DNA from: Macrostomum lignano
Lineage: Eukaryota
Assembly: GCA_002269645.1 (NCBI GenBank)
Contig: NIVC01002521.1
Location: 62,001 to 126,000, forward strand
Direction of reading: 5' to 3'
Length of the DNA stretch: 64,000 bases
Shown: positions 29,611-41,651 of the stretch, one piece after another
Numbering within the stretch: position 1 is the first letter of the stretch
How the letters are laid out: every line of letters begins with the position of its first letter
The notes under the pieces: generated by a model
What the model was told of the DNA's origin: nothing
The model's database searches: none
The model's input: only the letters and a program-made list of their open reading frames with translations
Program-made: the position numbers and the translations under genes

Positions 29611-30600
29611 CGGAATCCGAAAAAAAGTCTTACTTTTATAGGAATCCGAATGTTTCGGATTCGGAAATTTTTTTCCGAATATTTCCGAATGTGCTTCTAA
29701 AATTCAAATCTAAAATAAATATTACAAATCAAGAAACCAAAGCATGCAACCCGTTAAATAAAGAAACTAAAAACTTAAAAGAAAGAAAATTAAAAGGCAA
29801 AGAGCAAAATCTATCACGTTATTCTTTTTTTCTACGATTGTCTATTTTTGCAGCAATATATGTTTAAAAAAAGTTAAATATGTAAATTTAATAAACCTAG
29901 GGACCCGTAAGACAATAAACCTAAAGTTACGGAAATATTTTGGTAATTTTTGTTTAAGTGTAATAACAGGTTTTTTCAAAATGCAAAACTGCAACTGCAC
30001 GGGTCACTGTATATATATATATATGTCACTCATTAGCTATAGTCAGTAAGTAGTACTAGAATTAGAATTTGAGCTGTAATTAGAATTTGTTTTGAATTTA
30101 GATTAGATTAGACCTAGGTCCTAGATATAAGCATAAGAGTTAGTTATGGCTTTTCGACTCTCTCGCACGAAGTCATCCATCCATGTTTTTTTACTATCTC
30201 CGAGGATCGACTTTCTGCAACATGCAAATCATGTAAAAAAGTAATCTCGAGAGGCACTATTGCAGCAAAAGCTACAAATAGTGGTATGATAGCTCATATC
30301 AAGTCTCAGCATCCAGAGCTTGAAAATGAGCGTCAGAATATGGAGAGTTTGCGAAACTCTGAAGATGGTTTTCTTTCTTGTTCTAATTCTAATTCTAATA
30401 AACCTGCTGCTACTGCTACTATCCAGTGCCAAGATGGTGCATCTGAAGTAATAGAACTAGATGCAGCCACTGGTGTTGATTATCTGCCACCAATCAAAAA
30501 GGTGCGCCTACATCAGGCAACTTTAGAAGAATGCCAATAACGCCTTATGGCAAAACTCTCGCAAGTTCCACCAGAGCAATTGACTAATGCAATAGGTAGG
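29611..30600 (+). mobile_element. hAT-like transposon 5' remnant with BED zinc finger pseudogene (about 30146-30540)
   Basis: Clustered GGAATCCGAA/TTCGGATTCGG subterminal-type repeats; frameshifted ..ATCKSCKKVISRG..SGMIAHIKSQHPE (BED C2H2). Confidence 0.65.
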
Positions 30601-30852
30601 TAGTTTGGTTTTTGTTATTTTATTATTAATAAATATAAATTTTGTAAACTAACAAATGCTATAATATTTAATAATTTATTTGGATTGAATTTTTTATGTA
30701 AAATTAAATAAATATAATAAATATAATGTATAATGAAATGAATGATATAGTAGTAAATAAATATAAGAATAGTAATTATAAAGCAAAAGCATAGCCATAG
30801 AGAATTATATATCTTTAAATTATTATATATAATAATATAATTGTTAACTAAT

Positions 30853-31280
30853 AGAGGGACCCAGCGAGCTGACACCTTCCTCATGCCGAGGTGATCGTGC
30901 AAGATAGTAATGACGCTTGAATCCGAAATTCCAACATGTTTTTCGATTTCCCGAATCGTCACTCGGTGGTCTGCATCGAACAGCTTTCGGACACTGGCCA
31001 CAGTCGTGTCCGAGATGGACGAATTTGGACGGCCTTCACGTTCATCATCGTCCAGCTCCAGACAGCCGGAGCGGAATCGACCGAACCACTTGTACACCAT
31101 CGTCTGGGATGGGGCTTCACTCTCAAGGGCCTTTTGAAGCGTCTGCAAGCATTCGGAGGCAGACAGACCAAGCCGGAATTGGACCAGAATTGCGACTCGC
31201 CTGTCGCGCTCAGTCAGGCGCAGCACTGGAGCGGGGGTTTCATCACTTCTTCGGCCACTGCGTCGCAAAATTTTGGCCAA
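30853..31280 (-). pseudogene. Mariner transposase N-terminal fragment (HTH domains through WVP)
   Basis: VYKWFGRFRSG..LDDDEREGRP, DHRVTIREI, ILHDHLGMRKVSARWVP; homology stops after WVP, no catalytic domain. Confidence 0.9.
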
Positions 31281-31844
31281 ACTGGCTGAAAATTTGTGTG
31301 AAAGGTGCCAATATCTGAAGGAATAAGTTAATAAAATTTTGTTTGATTCGCTTGAAGATAAGTTTGGTTTTCCGCGAACTTGTCACGGACTCCACGAACA
31401 TGATTGCTCATGGCGAAGGGACGCGTCAGCATGGGGGTGCAACCTTCCTACTGCCATTCTGTGCCAAGACTCGCTAACACCACCTACTGCACGCACTCAC
31501 GGACCCGCCGCACGCACTCACACAGACGGGCTTCGCACGGGGAGAGGCCATTAGCTTACCCAAACTTCCTTATGCTTTGCCACCCCGGGAGAAAAAGGCT
31601 TAGCAAGCCATGAGTAAAATGATGGTGAAAGAGTGAATAATGATGGAGTTAGTTAATAGTAAATAATTAGGCCCGTAGGCAAATAATCAGGCAATTAGGA
31701 GGCTTCACTGTTGAGTAAAAGTACAGCAAAAGATACGGTATCACACCTGGCTCAGCTCTCTAATCAAGCAATGGAAAATAGGCAAACCCCGGATAAGCAA
31801 AGGCAATCAGAGCACAAATAAGTAATAGGAACTTACCGGCAGCT

Positions 31845-31849
<5 letters not shown>

Positions 31850-31881
<32 letters not shown>
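31850..31881. repeat. (AG)n microsatellite
   Basis: About 15 AG units. Confidence 0.9.
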
Positions 31882-31886
<5 letters not shown>

Positions 31887-33166
31887 TGACCGAGGGCGGC
31901 TGAAGGCTGCAGTCAGGCAGGCAGTTAAGCGGCGATGCGCTGGGGCGACGATGCGCTGATGTAGATCAGGCGATGCTGATGATGCTGGGCGGTGTCAGAC
32001 CGCTGGCCGATAGGCGAGCTCACTTGGGGAGCTGAAGATAACTTGGCGGTAACAGACCGCGGACCGGCAGGGGTTCGTCTTTTAGACGGGAAAGTCAGAC
32101 CAATGTCTGACCGCAAGTCCAAAGAAGGATGAGGAGACGAACATGTGGCAAAAGTCCTACGACATCTGAGGATTCTCATGCCGAAAACCGCTTCCTTATA
32201 TAGCCCTCCCAGCCGCCGCTCCAAGGTCGTTTCCATGACTCCCTCTCTCTGATTGGCTGCCTATGAGAAGCATGAGAACGGCATAGCAACATGAGAAATG
32301 GGAGAACTGCGCAATCCGGAGGTGGGGTGGGGGATAATTGGCGCAGCGGGAGCTCGCGAAAGTGTTGCGCAAGCAAACATTGGGAACAATGGGGCTGGGG
32401 TCGAGAACAAAGGAATTGGAAATCGGGGATAATTGGGGAGAATCGAAAACAATAGAAAAGCTAACATTGGAGAAAAGGTGATAATTAGGTGCGAAAACGA
32501 GAACAATAGAAAGAGAAAATCGGAGAAAATGTGATAATTGGTGGGGGTAAAGAGAACAAAAGAATCAAAAACGAGAACAATAGAAGCGGAGGTGGGGTGG
32601 GTGTCGCATGAGAAATTTGGGGAGGAGAACAATGGCATGAGAAAAGGTTGCGCAAGAGAGGGGGTGAGTCATCGATGAGTCATCGAGGGGAAGAAGGGGT
32701 CACACGACTTGCGTCACCGTTTGGCAGTTTGAGAAGGGATGGCGTGACGGTGAGCGCACAAAATACTGTAAGTAGACGCAGAGAAAGGGAGGACAGCGCA
32801 GGAAAATGGGGCGAAAAGGGGCAAAAAGAGGGGAGACAGGAAGAGAGCATAGAGAATAGGGAGGCGCGCAGGGGAGATAAGGTAGAGGGGGAGGTACAAA
32901 GAGGGAGGGGGAGCTCCGGAAAGGCAAGTGTGGCGGCAGGGGAGACGGAGCCAAGGCAGCAGGGGGGGGGGGGTGCAGCAGAGCGGGAGTCTCCAGGCCT
33001 GGTCGAAGACTTGGCCTAGTCTCAACAGCTCTATGCAGGGGGTGCACGGCGATAGGAGGCACTTTCGAAAAAGTTCCCCTGCCCTATCCCGCGACCAGAG
33101 CGTGGTTACATCATGACCAAAATTGTTAAACCAGAAGCGTTAATTCTAACCTAAAAGTAAACTAAT

Positions 33167-36100
33167 ATGGAAGCTAATGACTTAGTAGAAGCACTGGCTG
33201 AAGGAATTAGAGACAGGCTAGACATTAGGAAGCACATTAGGATCCAAAAGTACACGCCTAATCAGGATATAGACGTGTGGATTCAGGTTTTTGAGCAGAG
33301 GTGTATCGCAGATGAGATACCCCCAGCTGAGTGGAAGAATGAGTTGCTGTCTAACCTGGATGTCTAGTCAGCGTTTGCTATAGTAACAAGGCTAAATTTA
33401 GACCCTAATCTTCCATATGTACAATTTAAGGATAGACTAATTGAGCGGTTTACGCATGTAGGCAGTGCTCAAGAAGCTAGGGAGGAGTTCCGAAGCAGGT
33501 TCCAGTGCAAAACTGAAAGCACTGATGACTACGCTGGGAAGCTAACAGAGCTAGCATGCAGGGCGTTTCCCCATCTAACTAACAATCAGAGACAGGAAGA
33601 GGTGGTGGAACAATTCATCAGAGGTTTTAGGGTTGCCCCAGAGACTAGAGAAAAGCTACTGCTAGCCCAGGCGAACTCGCTTCAAGAGACACGTCGAATC
33701 TTGCGACGCATCGAAATGGCGTACGCCATGTCTCGCCGAGGTAGAGACCCGCAGCAGTGTAAGGCAACTGGAGGAGACGAGGCTGAGGATAGCTTGAAGG
33801 AGTTGGTCCGCAAACAGGGCGAGGCGCTAGAAAATCAGCAGAAGGTGCTTCAGGAGTTACTCCGGCACCACCAGGGTGTTGAGCAAAAGGTCAAGCAGCA
33901 GCAGCCGTCAGGTCAGCCGCAGCAAGGCCAGAATCAGCAGAGGCGTCCCCCAGTTAAGTGTAACAGGTGTGGCAAGCTAGGTCACTTAGCTAAGAATTGT
34001 AGACAGCCACATCGGCAGAACTAGCTTAGGTACCCGGCTCAGCAGCAGATGCAGTATCAGCAGCCGCAGTATCAGCAGCCGATGTACCCTCAGCAGCAGA
34101 ATTCGGGAAACAGAATAGACGGAAGCGTCAGAGGCAGCGCTTTCCAGCAGTAAATTCCTCACAGTCTGTAGCCTCACAACCTGTAAAAAGCAGCATTAGT
34201 TTTTCTGTAAATAGTGAATTGAATTCTTCAGTGTATAACAGTAGGCATGCTTAATCATTTAATCAATCATTTAATCAGCCAAACATTTATTCTCAGCACT
34301 TTTCAAACGCACCACAACAGCAACCTTATTCTAGTGAGCAGCAGCTAAAACAACCAAAAAAATGAACAAACTAAAAAGCAAATTTACGATCCGTACATCA
34401 CTGGCAGCATTTTAAATAAGGAAATAGTTTATCTATTAGACACTGGGAGTAATAGAAATATCTTAGGACGCAAAACCTGGAAGCATCTTTTCACTGGCAA
34501 GAATAGGCATCTAATTAAGCATTGGGACAATAGAATTGTTTCTTTTATGGCAGAGCCTATTCCAACTAAGGGTTTCGTAGCTATTAAGGCAACATTTGGC
34601 GATTTTGAAGAAGTTGAGTTTTTCTTATGTGACGCAGATGTAGACAATGTAATAGGTGTGACGTTTGTCCAAACATATTGTACTACTACTAACTTCGATG
34701 CAGGAATGCTGATGCTGACCATGAAACAAGGAACTAGAATTCCGCTTCGATCAACCAGAGCTAAGCCTCAGGTTAGGAGAATCTATGTCGCAGAAAAGAC
34801 GACAGTTTCAGCCAATAGTTCAGGATTAGTCAAAGTCAGATTAGCAGCAGGTAGTGAAACTAATTTCGGAGTGCCATCAGTTGTTGAGCCACTCAGATCA
34901 GGATTAAAAACTAGAGCAGAGAAAGTAACTGGAGTGCCAAGTTTAGTAACTCTAAGACAAGGGGAAGCTTATTTAGAAGTGATTAACACCAGTTCACAGG
35001 AAGCTAGAGTACCAGCATCAGCATTAGTAGGGATGGCTAAACCGCTCTTAGCTAGCGAGCTAAACTATCTCAAGGAACAGCCAGAAGAAGAGCAGAATAG
35101 GAGCACGCAGTCTTGCGGAAGCAGAGAAAAGATTAGTCAGGTATTTACAAGAGAAGTCAGAAGACTGGATTAGTGGGATTAACATAGGAACTGAACTGAC
35201 TCAGGAGCAGAGACAGAAGGTGATCGAAGTCGTCAAGGAACATTCAGCAGCTTTCTCGCAGCACGAGTTAGACTTAGGCAGAACGCATTTAGTCACTCAT
35301 GAGATTATCTTGAAGGACAACAACCCAGTTCAGATACCAGCTAGGAAGATTCCACCTCATTGGAACAAGGAGGTAGATGAACAGTTAGATCTCATGTTGG
35401 CTAGAGGTATCATTAGGCCTAGTTACTCGCAGTACTCGACTCCATTAGTCATAGTAACTAAGAAAGACGGTTCGCTGAGATTAGTTAACGACTATCGAGC
35501 ACTAAATAACAAATCGGAGTACTTTCCGTACCCAATAACTAATATCAATGAAACATTCTCATGTCTCCATGGAGCCAGTCAATTTTCTAAGTTAGATCTA
35601 TTTTCGGGATATTATCAGATAGCTCTTAAGGAAGAAGATAAGTGCAAGACTAGCTTTCCAACTTTACATCGAGGCTCGTTTGAGTACGAAGTTTTGCCAA
35701 TGGGATTGCAAGGAGCCCCAGGAATTTTTCAAAGGTGCATGAACTTAGTTCTTAAGGACATTGCACCAAAGTTCGCCATAGCTTACTTAGATGATGTAAT
35801 AGTTTATAGTACAGACTTTGAATCGCATTTAGAACACCTGAAAGAAGTGCTCAAGAGACTAATCCAAGCTAACATGAAACTAAAGGCTAAGAAATGTCAC
35901 CTGTTCAAATCTGAATTACAATATTTAGGACACGTCATAGGCAAAACAGGAATTAAGAGAGATGCGTCGAAATTAGAAGCAATTAGGAACTGGCCGAAAC
36001 TTAAATCTGTGACAGAGCTTCGAAGTTTTCTCGGACTCTGTAATTATTATCGAAAATTCGTTAGAGATTTTGCCGAGGTAGCAGCACCACTCTGTAAGCT

Positions 36101-38500
36101 AACAAAGAAGAACATCAAATGTATCCAGGACAAATTGACCAGGATTCATGATGAATGCTTCGAGTTGTTGAAGGAACGGATGTGTTCCGAAGAAGTGTTT
36201 GCTTACCCAGAGTTTAATACAGACCCCCAAGTTTATTTTGTGTTAGACACTGATGCATCAGATGTCAGAATTGGGGCGGTCTTGAATCAAGTTCAGAGCG
36301 ACGGCATAGAAAGACCGATCGCGTATTATAGTCGGAAGATGAGGCAGTCAGAAACTAGATATCCGATCACGAGGAAGGAGCTTCTAGCGATTGTTGACTC
36401 GCTGAAGTACTTTAGATTTTACCTCGTCGGAAAACGTTTTAAGGTGCGCACTGATCACTAACCTGGTTGCTTCGCCAAACCGAACAGACAGGAATTTTAG
36501 GTCGTTGGATCGAAAGACTTTCCGAATTTGATTTTTAGATAGAACATAGGAGTGGCCCTAAACATGTGAATGCTGACGCTCTGTCCAGGATCCCTGATCC
36601 TCAACCGGAAGAGATGTCCCCACATGCCAGGTCGCTAAGCTGTAGGGCAACTGTGAATACAGACCCAGCATCAGCTTTTACTGTCAGCTCAGGCAATTCC
36701 GCGTCCGCTGAAACCTGTAGCTCGAGCAGTGGAGTTCCGTCATGCTGTTCGTCACAAGACACTGTCACGAACCAACACAATACTCCGATCTTTAGTAGCA
36801 GTAGGCTAGACAATAGACAGGGACAGGAGCCTAAAACCGGAAATCCGCCTGCATGCAATGTCCTGCTCAGTGACTATCTCCGTAGCCCAGTTTGCCGTGA
36901 CCAGTTGATCGCAGCACAGCTAGCCGATCCGGAGGTAGGCTTTGTTAGAAATTTAATTGAGTGACTTGCCTAAACCGAAATTTCAAGAACGACTAGAGTT
37001 AACCCACGACTGTAGGAACCTCTTAGGTTACTATGAGTTGCTCAGGATTGAGGACGGTGTACTCAAAGTAGACTTATCTATGGGGCAGACTGATCCAAAG
37101 GTAGTGTTGCCCAAGTCTCTGGATAGTGAAATCTTTCACCAATTCCATGATTCACCTTTAGCGGGACACCTAGGTCGAGATAAAACTTATCAGAGAATTA
37201 AAATTCGATTTTGGAGGCCAGGATTAGCAACAGCAGTTGAGCGCTACGTAGCCAAATGTAAATCGTGCTTAGAAAGTAAGACTAGAAGAAGAATTAAGGC
37301 ACCAATTCAGAACAATCCTGTAGTCGAATCGTTCGGTAGATTACACATAGATCTGATAGGACCTATTGGCCAAACTAGCAAATCAGGAAAAAAATAAGTA
37401 CTTTCAGTCATAGACAGCACTAGCAAGTTTCCATTCGCATTCGCAATTAGGAATCAGAAGGCAAAAACAGTTATTAAAATTCTACAAGAACGAGTTTTCG
37501 CTGATTTTGGGATTCCACAATGGATTCACACAGACCAGGGAACACAGTTCACTGGTAGGGCCTTTAAGAAATTTTTAGACCTCTATGGAATTAGACACAC
37601 TCGAACCACTAAACCACTAGTTATTATCCGCAGAGCAATGGCTTAGTAGAAAACCTTTATAAGCAGATTAAATCAATTCTCACCTGTTTACTGGAGAAGG
37701 AGCATTCCAACTGGGACGTTCTGTTGCCAGGATGCATAACAGCTCTGAGAACTAGCACGAACACCGCAACAGGATTTAGTCCACACTATTTAGTCTTTGG
37801 ACGAGAGGCCAGAATGCCCTGTGACAATGAGCTGAACGAGCCGAAACAGTTCCAGGATTCGCCATCTTATGTCCAGGAACATCAGCAGAATCTGCAGGAA
37901 GGCCAAGAACTAGCAAGAAAGAGATTAAAAATAGTGCAACAAAACCGTGAGCAGGAGTACTCTAATAAGCCTAAGCCGAAAACATTGCCTGTAGGAAGCT
38001 TAGTATTTATCAATAATCCAGTAATTGCTAACACAGAGGCTAACAAATTTCACAGAAAGCAAAGGGCAGTTTACGAAATTGTAGAACAACTATCAGAAGT
38101 AGTCTTTAAGATCAGAACCAGTTACAAAAAAGAAGAAAGCTAGAAAGGAAGAACTTATCATGCATAGGGACAATTTAATGAAAGTACCACAAGCAGATTA
38201 TCAGGAAGAAGCTAGTACTAAGCCAAAGGAGCAGAAGAAACAGTACAATAGGGAACAGTTAGCCAATAGTCAGCCGAATGTGTACAATGACTCAGAAAGC
38301 GACGATGAGTACGAGGACGCAGTGCAGTTTATGCCAGTGCAGCATCAAAATAATGAGCAGTTTATGCCAGTGCAAAATCAAAATAATGTGCAGTTAGTGC
38401 CAGTAACAAATCAACACGTGCAGCGTCAAAAAAAAAATCAAAATAATTTAGTAGGTGTACAAGGTGTACAAGACGTTGTTGAACCCATTTAACCTCTTAC
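33167..38500 (+). mobile_element. Decayed Ty3/Gypsy retrotransposon internal region (gag-PR-RT-RH-INT)
   Basis: Gag with CNRCGKLGHLAKNC; protease LLDTGS (about 34435); RT YLDD; RNase H TDAS..KELLAIV; integrase HHCC, HIDLIGP, TDQG, PQSNGLVE; several stops and frameshifts; no matching LTR pair found. Confidence 0.93.
34105..34111 (+). promoter_or_regulatory. Putative -1 gag-pol slippery heptamer G GGA AAC
   Basis: Sits at the end of the Q-rich gag frame in the canonical phase; the -1 frame stays open for about 45 codons. Confidence 0.55.
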
Positions 38501-38562
38501 AGCCTAAAACTAATTAACAATGGCCGACGCCCCTTTGCGAGTGTACGCTAAAAAGAAGATCT

Positions 38563-39357
38563 ATGGATAGAAAAGGAGGAATGACGGCCAAGAAGAAAAC
38601 GAACCTCCACGAATTAGGGCTGTCCATGACGCAAGCACGAAGGTCATCGAGGAAGAACATAAGAGGCGGAAGCTGGAACCAAGAGAAGAGGACAGTTGAG
38701 CCGGAAGGAGGATTAGTCGTAGATGTGAAACTAGAAGAGTTCGAGAGGGCGACAAAACAAGAAGAGGAGAGATTTCGAAATGAGATGGCGCTCTTCATGG
38801 AGGAGATTCGGCAGCACGAAGAGGGAGTAAGCCTCATTGACGAGTCAGACGAGACAACCAAATGCCAACCGGTACGCCAACCAGAGGAAGATCAGCCTGG
38901 GCCTGCGTTAGACTCGAGCCACGACATCAATTACGAGACTCTGCTCAGGGTGGATACCAGTGAGGAGCCGCGCACGGAGAACAACCCGGCCGAACAGCAG
39001 ATGAGCCCCGGGGAGCAAGAGGCTAAGTTTCGTCAGTGCCGGCGCGCTCTCAAAAAGAAGATCTTGCGAACAGGTAAAACCGGCCAGTTCGAGCGCAATC
39101 TACTGGAGGCCTGTGCCGCATTCCTGACCACTGCCACGGAAGACGAGGCCATCAAATGCTTCGAAATGGCATGTAGCTACTGCCTGCAATATGCAGGAAG
39201 TAGGGCCCGAGGACCGAGATGCATGAGGGCCACAACAGAACTACTCGAGTACCTGGCGGAACAGTTTGATCCGATCCATAGAATGATACCCATCAATGGG
39301 CTTCTATACCTGTCGGCGCAGAATACGGCGAACCTACGGCCGGTACACACCGATTAG
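38563..39357 (+). CDS. Uncharacterised 264-aa ORF downstream of integrase (possible Gypsy accessory ORF)
   Basis: Open ATG-to-stop frame; basic N-terminus, acidic coiled-coil middle, Cys-containing helical C-terminus; no TM segment. Confidence 0.5.
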   Translation: MDRKGGMTAKKKTNLHELGLSMTQARRSSRKNIRGGSWNQEKRTVEPEGGLVVDVKLEEFERATKQEEERFRNEMALFMEEIRQHEEGVSLIDESDETTKCQPVRQPEEDQPGPALDSSHDINYETLLRVDTSEEPRTENNPAEQQMSPGEQEAKFRQCRRALKKKILRTGKTGQFERNLLEACAAFLTTATEDEAIKCFEMACSYCLQYAGSRARGPRCMRATTELLEYLAEQFDPIHRMIPINGLLYLSAQNTANLRPVHTD

Positions 39358-40730
39358 TAACACATTAATAACTGAATTAATAACAGACAATTCCACATAT
39401 TTTACTATCTCTTGGAACGGAATCTTATTTACATTGGCTGCTATACGCGTTTTCTCTGGGGCCTTTGAGTTTGTGTTCTCACTTTCTTGAGATAGATGTC
39501 TAGCGGTCTAAGGTTCTTACAGCTCTTAGTCTCTCCTATCGGGCCGTCAGAGAAAACCGTATAAACTGACGGGATCTCTTAGTATCTAAGCTGAGTTCGA
39601 TTCTGTCTAGTATTTTCTCTAGGCAATAGTCAGGACAAATAACTGATTCAAGACTTGGATTTGTGCCAACTGGATAATCCAGAAACTAATTCAAATGGAG
39701 CGGTTCAAGATCGAAAACTGCGCAGAAAAAAAACGAAGCGCCGCTCCAGTTTGAGATGAGCGTCTATTTGTACCAATTAGCATTTTTGGCCTCCCCCGCC
39801 GCCGGTGGGGTGTCTTCGCGTTGTTAGCAACGGCGGGGGGTTTTGAGCAATAACAAACTGGGACTCAGTCCCCTAATTGTACATGAATTTAGTTAGTTCT
39901 AATAGGTTGCTAAGTGTGAAGGTTAGAGATTATTCGGGCTTTCGCAAATCTATGTGTTGAGTTGGATTAAATTTGGGATAGAAAGATTATGGAAAAAGTG
40001 CTTTGTTTTCCGTCTCTACACTCTGCCCATGAATGATTAAACAGTCCTCTGTTTCTCTCGGTTGTCAGGCAGCTTGGGGTTGATCTCGCCTTCTTGGGCA
40101 GCTTCGGGTTGGGTAGGAGTCTCTAGGTGGGCCTCACGTTTTCTCCCTCAGGGTGCGCCAGAAGATGCCGCGTGCCGCGTTGTTCTCTAAGTCAGGCCGC
40201 TGCTCAGTTTGCTTTTCCCGGCCGGTTTAGTCGCCATTGTGCCTGCGGCGGGGTGACGCTACTAACTGGAATGGAAAGAGGCTTTATTAGATTCGGCTAT
40301 TCACATTGACTTGACAGTTGATTAATTATCTTAAAGCTGCTTCTGTTTGCTCTTCTAATAGCTATCTAGGGGTTCCATTGTACTCTTCTGCCTCGCCCTT
40401 CACTGCGCCTGGGCTTTTCATAAATTTCTAGCTATTTTCTAACTTAGGGTCAAAACTTCAGATTTCTAACTCTTATATGATTCCCCCTTTTTTCGAAATC
40501 CTTGTGCTAACAAGGATTTGATCAATCGACATCAGGACTAAACGACATTGCAGGTACTTCAATTATCAAATATAAGGCGTTAGAAATCTGTAGACGAGTC
40601 AAACGTTAGTGGGCAGTCGTTAAATGTTCAAGCATTATTTCGGGGACGTAGATAGTTAAAGGTTGAAAGAGGTTAAACCTGGGAAATTAATTGAGGGAAA
40701 ACAGTTCACAGTCGTATCTAGGGGCCGCAT

Positions 40731-41051
40731 TTAGTCATCTTCAAATTGAACGTTGCCGCTTCTGGCCCATAGATACTGACGATATCCCTGCAGTGTGGGC
40801 CAGGGTCGGATGGTAATGGAGGCCTTGTAGTCGCCTCCCCTCCACGGTATCTCCGTGGGGGTCAACTCGCGTCCCCACTCGGCGTCGTTGTCAACGGTTT
40901 GGGTGGCCATTGAATGGCCCCCATCTATGTCACTCTCGGCGACCTGTGTTTGCGCATCCTTTTTGATGCACTTGTGGACGTGGAGATTTACGTCCACAAA
41001 GGCTTCGCCGGGTCGCCGGGCATAAGCTTCTTTGGGTGAGTAAGTGGCCAT
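40731..41051 (-). CDS. Uncharacterised 106-aa ORF
   Basis: GC-rich coding-like island within AT-rich flanks; no recognised motif. Confidence 0.35.
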   Translation of the reverse strand: MATYSPKEAYARRPGEAFVDVNLHVHKCIKKDAQTQVAESDIDGGHSMATQTVDNDAEWGRELTPTEIPWRGGDYKASITIRPWPTLQGYRQYLWARSGNVQFEDD

Positions 41052-41387
41052 GGGAATGCGCTGAAATTAAGCAAGAGTGTGCTATTGATTTTCAATAGTA
41101 TTGGTTTCAGCGTGTATCGTCCTTGGCCCAAAGCTTCGCTTAGCGGTCGGCTGTACATTAGATCTATCCCCTGCGTACATGGGGTGGTGGGTGGGCGAGG
41201 CGCGCGGGGTGAGGTTTTAGAATCTGAAGTTGGGGTCCCGCTCGCTCCTAACGAAAGAGGGGGGGGGGGCTCTTTCTTTCCGCGGCTGGTGATGGTTCCT
41301 TTTCTTTTTAAACTCCGGCGCAAGGGAGTGGGGCCCTAAGGGTGAACTATTCAATCGATTCTTGTCCCGCGACTATACTGCTCAATA

Positions 41388-41651
41388 ATGTCTGAATTTA
41401 CGGTAAGGCGCTTGATGCATCTAGTTAACGATCTAAAGGAGCGTTTGCGGGCCGTGGAGGGCCGCTCTGTGAGCCTGGAACACCGCCTCCTTCATCTCGA
41501 AGCTCGAGTGGCTGCTCAGGGTGGCGGTTTGGATACTCTTCGCAGCTGGCTGGGCGGAGTTGGGGGCAGCGGCCTTCTACTGTTTCTGGTGCTGGTATTA
41601 GTGCTGTTCTGCTATCTGCGTCGCCAACGCTACCAGGGCCTACCTGCCTAG
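41388..41651 (+). CDS. Small coiled-coil plus C-terminal TM protein (87 aa)
   Basis: Heptad LVNDLKERLRAVEGRSVSLEHRLLHLEARV, Gly linker, hydrophobic LLLFLVLVLVLFCYL, then RRQR. Confidence 0.45.
   Translation: MSEFTVRRLMHLVNDLKERLRAVEGRSVSLEHRLLHLEARVAAQGGGLDTLRSWLGGVGGSGLLLFLVLVLVLFCYLRRQRYQGLPA

Noticed and set aside
32640-33120. Purine-rich ORFs upstream of gag
   Set aside because: Low-complexity G/A-rich leader with no protein motifs.
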